46,974 nucleotides of DNA. Source: Candidatus Micrarchaeota archaeon. GTDB lineage: Archaea > Micrarchaeota > Micrarchaeia > Micrarchaeales > CABMGC01. Position numbers and translations under genes: made by a program. Position 1 is the first letter of the stretch; every line of letters begins with the position of its first letter. Location of the stretch: the NCBI GenBank assembly GCA_021848095.1, contig JAJZMZ010000036.1:1-46974 (forward strand), written 5' to 3'. Shown one piece after another: positions 16,850 to 24,856 of this stretch. The notes below the pieces were generated by a model. It had not been told where the DNA came from, ran no database searches, and saw only the letters and a list, made by a program, of their open reading frames with translations.

Positions 16850-18367
16850 TTGATAATCATGACGCTTTTACGTATTCAAACACTAATGAGCAATGAGATA
16901 TCAAAGCGTATATTTATCACTAGACCTCCAGAACCTCCTTCAGAATTTTTATTTAATGATCCTACAAATTCAATCTTTATAGGAACAAGTAAAATTTTCA
17001 AAGTTCCTTTTACATGGACATTCTCAAATATAACTAATCCGCACATATCAGTTGTAGGTATAACCGGAGCAGGAAAGAGTTTTTTTGTAAAAACATTCAT
17101 AACGAGGGCTAGTTATGTTTGGAATACAAATGCAATAATAATCGATTGGGCGGGGGAGTACATTTCATGGGTAAAACAAAGTGGCGGAAAGGTAATTGCT
17201 TTATCTAAAGGGGATTACCTAAATATAATGGACCTTTCAGGAATGAAGCCTTTAGATAGAACAAAACAAATAATGAACTCACTAGATATACTTACTGATA
17301 TTTCAGCATATCCTGAACAAAGAAGGCTTACATCAGAAGCTATTGAGCAAGCTTACTTGAATATGGGCTTTCCACTAGCATCACCACCTCCTCCAGGAAA
17401 AGAACCACCAACATTAAAGGATGTATCAAAACTTCTAGATGAAAAGCTACAAGAAGGTACTTATGAGTATCCAGCCGAGCTTGAAAATGCCATATATCGT
17501 TTAAGACAGTTCTCGCGTGAAGGAGAGGATTACTTCGCTAATAAAAGCACAATAGACATAGGCAAGCTTACTACATCAGGTTTAGTTGATCTAGATTTAT
17601 CTAGCCTTCCTGATGAAAGATTCAGAGCAATGGCGGCTTTATTCATACTTCAAACCTTAAAAGAAAAGATGCGTCTCGAGAGCTGGAGCTCATCAGCAGG
17701 ACTAAAAACACTAGTTGTTTTAGATGAAGCATGGAAGGTAGCTAGCGATGAAAGAAGCGATGCTGTTACTATAATAAGAGAAGGTAGAAAGTATAGCTTT
17801 GGTTTAATTGTCGCATCACAAAATCCTACTGACGTTAATGAAGCAATATTTTCAAATGTAGGGACTACGTTTATGTTAAGAATTCGTTTTGAAAAGTTCA
17901 TGAATTACTTACAAGGTTCATTAAACTTTTCAGATTTCATAAGAAATGAGATAAGCAAGTTGGGAGTAGGTCAAGCTGCAATAGATATGGCATTCAATAC
18001 TGGTGTAAGATTTCCAAATATATTTTTAGTTGACAAAATAGTTGGTGAGTTACCTTTAGATACCTACTCAATATTTCTTTCAGATATTTTATCAGAAAAA
18101 GAACTTTCAGATACACAAATTAAAAAGGAATACACATTTGATAAAATGTCAATAAACTCTCGTTTAATTGAGTTAGGCTTCGGTTCAGATGTAATAAATA
18201 AATTAATTAAGTATATGAATCAACAAGGAAGAACAGTTGACATTAGAGACTTTATTAAAACATCTATGTCTTATGGTGTAAATAAAGATGCAATAATATC
18301 TTTTATGCGTTCTATGGGAATAAGTGACTCGATAATATTGAAGATAATGTCCTACATAGTTGTGTGA
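16850..18367 (+). CDS. HerA/VirB4-clade (FtsK-HerA superfamily, DUF87/AAA_10-like) P-loop ATPase with helical-repeat C-terminal tail
   Basis: Walker A is VVGITGAGKSFFVK (GITGAGKS at nt 17057-17080), followed by IIIDWAGEY. Also present are DLDLSSLPDE, Walker B TLVVLDEAWKV and REGRKYSFGLIVASQNPTDV. All are typical of HerA/VirB4-type ATPases. The true start may be an internal ATG (MTLL... or MSNE...). Confidence 0.85.
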   Translation: MIIMTLLRIQTLMSNEISKRIFITRPPEPPSEFLFNDPTNSIFIGTSKIFKVPFTWTFSNITNPHISVVGITGAGKSFFVKTFITRASYVWNTNAIIIDWAGEYISWVKQSGGKVIALSKGDYLNIMDLSGMKPLDRTKQIMNSLDILTDISAYPEQRRLTSEAIEQAYLNMGFPLASPPPPGKEPPTLKDVSKLLDEKLQEGTYEYPAELENAIYRLRQFSREGEDYFANKSTIDIGKLTTSGLVDLDLSSLPDERFRAMAALFILQTLKEKMRLESWSSSAGLKTLVVLDEAWKVASDERSDAVTIIREGRKYSFGLIVASQNPTDVNEAIFSNVGTTFMLRIRFEKFMNYLQGSLNFSDFIRNEISKLGVGQAAIDMAFNTGVRFPNIFLVDKIVGELPLDTYSIFLSDILSEKELSDTQIKKEYTFDKMSINSRLIELGFGSDVINKLIKYMNQQGRTVDIRDFIKTSMSYGVNKDAIISFMRSMGISDSIILKIMSYIVV

Positions 18368-18668
18368 TTATTTGCAAAGTACATTTGTCGTTAGTAAAAT
18401 AGATATAAAAAAGATGCTTTCTCCATTAGGAGTTAGTCCTGGAAGTATAGAAGCGATGCTAAGCATAATGGACAAATCACACAAACATATAGATGCAATT
18501 GCATTTGTTGGAATGCTGCAAAAATTAGGAATAACATTAAATAAAATTGAAAATATTCTTAGAAGAATAGGAATTGATGATACTAGAATAGTTGAGATTT
18601 TTAACTCATTAGACGAGGAAAAAATAGAAGCAACATTCGGAAAAGTTGTAGACTTAAAAATCGAATAA
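18360..18668 (+). CDS. Small helical-repeat protein related to the ATPase C-terminal tail
   Basis: This gene overlaps the ATPase stop. The likely real start is the ATG at 18414 (MLSPLGVSPGSIEAMLSIM...). It repeats the G-[IV]-x4-I-x3-[LMI] modules seen in ATPase residues from about 433 to 505. Confidence 0.6.
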   Translation: MCDYLQSTFVVSKIDIKKMLSPLGVSPGSIEAMLSIMDKSHKHIDAIAFVGMLQKLGITLNKIENILRRIGIDDTRIVEIFNSLDEEKIEATFGKVVDLKIE

Positions 18669-18694
18669 CAATATGATTTATCAGGTAGAATAAA

Positions 18695-19141
18695 ATGGCA
18701 AAATCAAAATCAAGTTCAAAATCAAGTGATAGAAAAACATACTGTATAATGTGTGGAAAAGAAAAAAATGGAATAGAGATTAAAATCGACAATGTAATAA
18801 ATACGATACGATACATAAAGAAAAAAATATTTCACACTGAAAGGAACAACCGTTTAGTTGTTTGTGAAGAATGTTACCCATCATACTCGAAAAATAGGAA
18901 AAGATTTGTTTCAAGACAACGTCTTTACATAGGTCTAGGAGTTGTATTCCTTATTTTTTCAGTATTTCTTGCTCCTAATGTGGGTTCATTTTTAATAGGT
19001 CTTGCAATTTTATTACTTCTTTATGCATTATCATTCCTTAATTACACTCCTGAGCTATCAATATCAATTACAAAAGACAAAAAAATGCTCTCGAGGTTCC
19101 TAAATACGCATAATAAAAAGGAATTGAAAAATAATACCTGA
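18695..19141 (+). CDS. Zinc-ribbon (CxxC...CxxC) protein with two C-terminal TM helices
   Basis: The 148-aa product contains YCIMCGKEK...VVCEECYPSY, then LYIGLGVVFLIFSVFLAP and SFLIGLAILLLLYALSFL. Confidence 0.7.
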   Translation: MAKSKSSSKSSDRKTYCIMCGKEKNGIEIKIDNVINTIRYIKKKIFHTERNNRLVVCEECYPSYSKNRKRFVSRQRLYIGLGVVFLIFSVFLAPNVGSFLIGLAILLLLYALSFLNYTPELSISITKDKKMLSRFLNTHNKKELKNNT

Positions 19142-19188
19142 AACGTAACCAATAAATACGTTTTAGCATTAGTATTATTTGTGGTTTT

Positions 19189-19914
19189 TTGGCCGACGAA
19201 GTTATAATCACTCCAAAAGTTGAAAAAATAGAGATTACTGCTAAACTTAGTGGTACACTTGACGAGATAGCAGCTAAGGCATCAAAACTACCTTTTTATT
19301 CGGTATCTATGGCACAAGACTCATTATCAATAGGCATGGTAGAAAGTAGAAATATACGAAAACAACCATATCTTTTCTACATCTTCGAAATAAGAGCTGA
19401 TAAAGTTTCAATAATTTACTCAATACCTAATGACATAAGCGAAAGTATGCGTCGTGCATTTGTTCTAAGGAACTTTTCGTCATTTATTGCTGGAATATCT
19501 GATGTATACGAAGTATCACAACAAGAGTTTATGCAGTATGTAGATTCAACTACAGATAAACTACTCTCGGGATTATCTCAAAATTACAGCACACTATTTA
19601 ACAAATATGAATCATTACTTACTGAATACAGAGCTGTAAAAAGATTAAATATTGAGATCTCTGCATCTAATAGAAACCTTACTTTAGATTCATCTCAGTT
19701 AACTGAAGACAATAAAAAACTAAGATTAGAACTTGACAGATTACAAAAATACTCTGATGAATCATTGATGTCAATGATAGAAGACTGGATAACAGTTCAT
19801 GGAAGTAGTATAGATGTTGATGAGTTTGCAAAAACATACAATCTAACATCTCCTAGAGTAGAAGATGTATTGAATAAAATGGTTTCTAAAGGTTATATTG
19901 AGTTGAGGGGTTAA
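19189..19914 (+). CDS. Coiled-coil protein with C-terminal winged-helix-like domain
   Basis: The 241-aa product uses a TTG start. It has a central heptad-rich region (LTEDNKKLRLELDRLQKYSDE) and a C-terminal IDVDEFAKTYNLTSPRVEDVLNKMVSKGYIELRG wHTH-like segment. Confidence 0.65.
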   Translation: MADEVIITPKVEKIEITAKLSGTLDEIAAKASKLPFYSVSMAQDSLSIGMVESRNIRKQPYLFYIFEIRADKVSIIYSIPNDISESMRRAFVLRNFSSFIAGISDVYEVSQQEFMQYVDSTTDKLLSGLSQNYSTLFNKYESLLTEYRAVKRLNIEISASNRNLTLDSSQLTEDNKKLRLELDRLQKYSDESLMSMIEDWITVHGSSIDVDEFAKTYNLTSPRVEDVLNKMVSKGYIELRG

Positions 19915-20080
19915 GGTTGAAATATAATGTTTACATAAATACTCATTTCAAATACATTAAATCATATAAAATATTAAAAAGTGTCAAAAACAATACAAAT
20001 TTCTTATCAAAGTTAGTTATGTCATTTATAGAGAAAAAAGTAATGAAAAAAGAGAGTATTTAGTTTAAATGTGTATATAA

Positions 20081-22441
20081 ATGGTTTCAAAAAAAAAGAT
20101 AATAATTGCCGGGGTGATAATAGCAGTAGCAATAATCTTGATGTTTGTATTTATTTTTGCTTATATAAACAATCTTCTTCTAAACTTAAAACCTACATAT
20201 CTAGAAAATGGTAATATATCTACTTCATTATCTGTATTTTCATCAGGTCTCGCTTCATATAATAACTCATTATCCGCAGTTGCTTATGCTTACGTAAATT
20301 ATAATATTAAAAATGCAACTAACTCTACATTAGGATTATATTTATTTGAAAAGAATCCATTAGAAAAAATATACCTTATAAATCCATCTAACTCTTGTTA
20401 CAACTGTTTCAACTTTGGAGCTTTAAAAAATAATTTGACAACAGATTTGGCTAAATATGGTTTAATAAAAAATTCAAGCAGCTTTCAAACAATAGGTCTT
20501 CTCAATACTTCAGATGTCGCTCCTGGATCAATAGTTATAATTCCTAGCGGATTACTTCCTGCAAGCTTGCTTCCAAACACTGGTTTTTCTTCGTTAAGTA
20601 CTGTTAAAAATCTAATAACATTATTTAAGGAAAATGACACTATAATTTACGTAGGGGAAAACTTTTCAAGATTAGAAGAAGACGGTCAAATTTTACTTAC
20701 CTCTAATACAACCTCATCAATACTTAATCAGTATGGGATTGGGACTTATCCATTTTCAAATACAACTTTAACAAAGCCTTACAACTTCTCAAATCCTACA
20801 TTTAGATTTAGCAATGGTTCTTCCGTAGGTAGCATCTCTTACATAAATTTGACTGATGGTTCAATAGTGGCATTAAGCAATGCTCCTAAATTTGGTTGGA
20901 ATACTTCATCTTCATTATCTGAAGATATCTCCAGAGTAATATCTCAAAGATTTTGGATACCGATTCTTGCAGAAGGTTTTCTAAACATATCAAAAACACC
21001 AAGTTCTTCTCCATTATCTGGAAAGAACTTCATAATAACTCTTAAAAAAACAATAAACGCAACTGGAAATTACTTACAAACAGTAAACAATTCATATCCA
21101 TTAATAATATCTAAAAGTACTAACGGTTACAGAACTCAAATATTCCAAGAACTTTTTAAGTTAACGTATCTGAACAAAGCTACAATCGGTTTACCTTCAA
21201 TAATTGGTTATGGCCAATTAGTTCCTGCTCAAATAAGTATAAGCCCTTACTCTACAAACAAAGCGTTTAGTCTTATTGCTTACAACTCTTCATTAAAATA
21301 CATATACAGTTTCCCACTTAATTTTTTCAATACTTCTTATTCAGTTTTGAAGTACAGTACCTTTGATGTACCAACCGGTCAGTACTACATAGCTTCACTT
21401 GTTGATATAAACAATAAATCATATGGAAATGCAGCGTTTTATGTTCCTTTCTTAAATATAACAACATCATCATCGGATTTCAAGAATGCAAGTTTTGTAC
21501 TTAATATAATGAGTGGAAGTATACCTCTTTCAAATATGCCCTATACTATAAGTATAAACAATCAATTCAAAGAACAAGGAATAATCCATAATGGAGTTAT
21601 AAACTATACTCTTCCAAAAGGAAGCGTTTTGAATTATGGTTATCAAACAATTAAATTAAGTTTAATTAATGTTAACTACTCTGTCCTTGAGTATTATCAA
21701 GCTCCTCCAGGAATTCCTCCTTTGTATATAGAGTTCGGAGTAGCAGCATTCATAATTCTTTTATTAAATGTAGTATTAAGACCTCCTAACACTGAAAACT
21801 ACTTCATAGATGTTCCAGAGATGCTTCCAATAAAAAAAGAAGAAGTAACTATAAAGTCCGATCAGATAATTAACTTGTTTGATACGCTTAACTTTAAATA
21901 TAACTGGAAGTATATGCCATTAACTTCAGAAGAGATAAAGCTTGGAATAAGCAGTAATATAAGAAAAGACAATATGCCAATATCAATAACACTTCAAAAT
22001 ACAAAACGTATTTTGTATAAGCTTTCATCTCAAGGGAAGATATACTCAACAAATAATTACTATCTTCCAACAGATTGGGTTAAAAAATCAGGACATGATT
22101 CAGAGTATTTAATAGCGTTTAGAAAGCTTAGAGACTTTTTTGTTTCTCATGCAATTCCATTTACTGATATAGACAAAGCATCAGATTGCGATATGATAGC
22201 AAACGTGCGTCAAAAAACATACAAGATATTTATTTTTTCAAAAACTTCAGGAGTAAGACCTATGAAAATAAGTAAGGAAAATAAAAATATTATAATATTT
22301 TTAAGTAATGAAGAAAAACTTAACTTTATTGATTCGCTATACTCCGTTTACGACGCAGAAATGAATGAGTTAAGATTAGCTATGTATTCTGGATATTTAG
22401 AATTAGGTGATGTACAAAATCTAATGTCTGTGTTCTCTTAA
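20081..22441 (+). CDS. Large bitopic surface protein: N-terminal anchor, sequon-rich ectodomain, second TM, cytoplasmic wHTH-like/possible nuclease-like domain
   Basis: The 786-aa product starts with the anchor KKKIIIAGVIIAVAIILMFVFIFAY. An ectodomain of about 520 aa carries dozens of N-x-S/T sequons. A second TM helix, FGVAAFIILLLNVVL, is followed by a soluble C-terminal region of about 230 aa. Confidence 0.8.
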   Translation: MVSKKKIIIAGVIIAVAIILMFVFIFAYINNLLLNLKPTYLENGNISTSLSVFSSGLASYNNSLSAVAYAYVNYNIKNATNSTLGLYLFEKNPLEKIYLINPSNSCYNCFNFGALKNNLTTDLAKYGLIKNSSSFQTIGLLNTSDVAPGSIVIIPSGLLPASLLPNTGFSSLSTVKNLITLFKENDTIIYVGENFSRLEEDGQILLTSNTTSSILNQYGIGTYPFSNTTLTKPYNFSNPTFRFSNGSSVGSISYINLTDGSIVALSNAPKFGWNTSSSLSEDISRVISQRFWIPILAEGFLNISKTPSSSPLSGKNFIITLKKTINATGNYLQTVNNSYPLIISKSTNGYRTQIFQELFKLTYLNKATIGLPSIIGYGQLVPAQISISPYSTNKAFSLIAYNSSLKYIYSFPLNFFNTSYSVLKYSTFDVPTGQYYIASLVDINNKSYGNAAFYVPFLNITTSSSDFKNASFVLNIMSGSIPLSNMPYTISINNQFKEQGIIHNGVINYTLPKGSVLNYGYQTIKLSLINVNYSVLEYYQAPPGIPPLYIEFGVAAFIILLLNVVLRPPNTENYFIDVPEMLPIKKEEVTIKSDQIINLFDTLNFKYNWKYMPLTSEEIKLGISSNIRKDNMPISITLQNTKRILYKLSSQGKIYSTNNYYLPTDWVKKSGHDSEYLIAFRKLRDFFVSHAIPFTDIDKASDCDMIANVRQKTYKIFIFSKTSGVRPMKISKENKNIIIFLSNEEKLNFIDSLYSVYDAEMNELRLAMYSGYLELGDVQNLMSVFS

Positions 22442-22495
22442 ACTGATTTTAATTCTTTTTAATCTAAATAGTTTTATTGTTTTATTATTTGCTGT

Positions 22496-24151
22496 TTACT
22501 CATCATATTTTTCTTCTTGTTCCTCTTCTTCTGATTTGCCATCTTTTTCTTCTTCAGATTTACTTTCGCTTTCACCAAACAATTTGCTGTACTTTTTTTC
22601 AATAAGTGTTTTAAGTGAAGCTTCGATATCTTTTTGATCAGTTTCTGTTATCTCTGAAAGATCGCTAGACAACTGTTTAATATAACGCATGATTGTTTTG
22701 TATCTAGTTTCTTGGAGCTCCATTTTTCTAACTCCACTTAAGTATCTTTGAAGTATTCTTCCACAGTCCATTACTGCAAGTTTTATCTCTTCAATTATGT
22801 CGTCTTCTTTTGCAACTGCTTGTTTACCAACTCCAGAGTATGGGACATAAACACTGGAAACATTTATTAAAACACTAACTGGTTCTTCATCAAATCTTCC
22901 GATTCCATATCTCTTCCATTGTATTCCTTTTACTGCTTCTGTTATTGCACAGTTTGAACCATCAAACAAAAGAGGAACTTTATTTGCAAATCGTAAAACA
23001 TTACCTTCAGCTTCAATAGAATTTCCATCTTTATCTACTTCGTTGCTTTTCTTTCCAGAGTCTCCTCCATAAGATATTCCGGCTTCTACTACAAATGGAA
23101 TACCCCCTCTGAATACTTTCGGTTTTCTCTCTACTACACTTTGAAACTTCGGATTAAGTATATTCTTCATTGCTATGTCTATTTGTTTTTCTCCTATTGT
23201 AGACAATGAATCAAGTTCGGGGGCCATCCACTTTATTTGCTTAAAAACCTTTACTAACTTTTCAGCATCAGACCATTGAAGTTTGTTAGGTTCAATATCA
23301 AAGAAAATATCTGGTGCTATTGCCTTTATCTCAGCTATTTTTCCTTGAGAAACTCTTGAAAAACTTTCAACAAGAAAATCTGAAATTGTTTTCTCGTGAC
23401 TTCTATGTGCAAACTCTATCAAATCATTGGTATCTATACCTAATGGGTGTGGTTTAACCTCTTTAGGTTTCTTTGGCATTTCATTAACTGCTCTTAAAAA
23501 CACTACCTCTTTTCCATCGGGGTCGTTTAACTTTATCGTTGCGTGAGGATTTGACAAAACAGTTCTTTTAAGATACTCCTCGACACCGTGATCACTTCGT
23601 TCATATTTTATCTCACCGAACTCTCCAAAGACCTCTGTACCTCTTGCCATTCCTTCTATTTTTTTCATATCGGTTATCAATGGTTTGTTTGTTTTAATCT
23701 CTAAATCAACATTACATTCATAGCCTTCCTTTTCATTAGAAGATCTAATTGTTATTGGTTTACCTGTTGTTATCTTTGAAAATAATGTACAACCCGAAGC
23801 GCCTATACCTTGCTGACCTCTTTGCTGAACATACCTGTGAAACTTAGTTCCTGCTAAAACAGTTGCAAATACTTTTCCGACAAGCTTCGAAGGTATACCC
23901 GGGCCATTATCTCTTACACTTATGGAGTACTTTCCTTCATCTATTGTTTTTATAGTTACATCTATGTCTGGTAAAATTCCTGCTTCTTCACACGCATCTA
24001 ATGAGTTAGTAACATATTCGTGAATTATTGTAGTCATTGATCGAGTTTTTCCAGAGTAACCCAACATCTGACTATTTTTTCTAAAGAACTCTGATATTGA
24101 GTGTTCCTTAAACTCCTTAAAAATTTCCTCTGATTTAACATGTTCTGCCAT
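22496..24151 (-). CDS. top6B: DNA topoisomerase VI subunit B
   Basis: GHKL ATPase motifs are present (EYVTNSLDACEEAG, DNGPGIP, GQQGIGASG). The size (551 aa) and an acidic C-terminal tail also fit. Confidence 0.9.
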   Translation of the reverse strand: MAEHVKSEEIFKEFKEHSISEFFRKNSQMLGYSGKTRSMTTIIHEYVTNSLDACEEAGILPDIDVTIKTIDEGKYSISVRDNGPGIPSKLVGKVFATVLAGTKFHRYVQQRGQQGIGASGCTLFSKITTGKPITIRSSNEKEGYECNVDLEIKTNKPLITDMKKIEGMARGTEVFGEFGEIKYERSDHGVEEYLKRTVLSNPHATIKLNDPDGKEVVFLRAVNEMPKKPKEVKPHPLGIDTNDLIEFAHRSHEKTISDFLVESFSRVSQGKIAEIKAIAPDIFFDIEPNKLQWSDAEKLVKVFKQIKWMAPELDSLSTIGEKQIDIAMKNILNPKFQSVVERKPKVFRGGIPFVVEAGISYGGDSGKKSNEVDKDGNSIEAEGNVLRFANKVPLLFDGSNCAITEAVKGIQWKRYGIGRFDEEPVSVLINVSSVYVPYSGVGKQAVAKEDDIIEEIKLAVMDCGRILQRYLSGVRKMELQETRYKTIMRYIKQLSSDLSEITETDQKDIEASLKTLIEKKYSKLFGESESKSEEEKDGKSEEEEQEEKYDE

Positions 24152-24155
24152 AATA

Positions 24156-24686
24156 TCATCTATACTTTTTCCTAAGGCTCTCCATAATTCTGTAAGCTTT
24201 TTTATGAGTTCCTCCTTCTACTATGACTTGAAGCGCAGCTGTAGCTATGTTTAATTGCTCTGTAGTGCCTATCATTCCTAGGGTGTTGTCTTGTAAAGCA
24301 ATTACAGCACCGCTAACATCTTCTATGTAATTTTTAGTCTTTCCAGCTGTGCCTATTACTCTAGCCTTTATTCTGAGTAGCTCGGAATCCTTTTTAATCA
24401 GGTCCTTTAAGTCAACATACTTGAAGTAGTAATCATCATTTAATAATTTGTAAGCGTGATTAAGCGAGAATCCCATCGATATTGCGATAAGTATATTTTT
24501 TAAGTTATATTCGTCATAAGGCTTTCCATCTATCTCTATCCTAGCTTCATCTAGTATATCTATTTTGCACTCTAGCCTTTTTTCAAGTTTATCTATTACT
24601 TTTGAGATTCCTGATATCTTTTTGTTCGGTATAAACACTATCTCCATTAAACTCTCCATCTTTGGTACATAAATTGAGTTAAACAA
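24156..24686 (-). CDS. KH-domain RNA-binding protein (archaeal Dim2/Pno1-like)
   Basis: The 176-aa product has a two-KH-like layout, with the GxxG-type segment VIGTAGKTKNYIED. This is a common archaeal family. Confidence 0.7.
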   Translation of the reverse strand: MFNSIYVPKMESLMEIVFIPNKKISGISKVIDKLEKRLECKIDILDEARIEIDGKPYDEYNLKNILIAISMGFSLNHAYKLLNDDYYFKYVDLKDLIKKDSELLRIKARVIGTAGKTKNYIEDVSGAVIALQDNTLGMIGTTEQLNIATAALQVIVEGGTHKKAYRIMESLRKKYR

Positions 24687-24856
24687 TTTAGATGTACCTT
24701 CGCCTTAGGTATATAGTAGTTATTGTTAATTATTAATAAATCTTTCCTGTATTTAAGGTATTTTCTTTACATCTGCATTTATGTGAAGTACTCTATATTT
24801 TTATAAATTATCCATAACTATCAATATGAAAAACATATAACTAACTAGGTAATTCT

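Noticed and set aside
13811-18816. Minus-strand ORFs inside the membrane/ATPase cluster (13811-14056, 15445-15714, 16538-16735, 16876-17100, 17650-17901, 18601-18816).
   Set aside because: They are antisense to longer, coherent plus-strand genes with TM or ATPase motifs. They are short, and their composition is that of shadow ORFs.
6371-22441. The cluster as an integrated conjugative or mobile element inserted at tRNA-His.
   Set aside because: There is no integrase, relaxase, replication gene or transposase. I could find no downstream direct repeat of the tRNA-His 3' half. No compositional break is visible, so there is not enough evidence for a mobile_element call.
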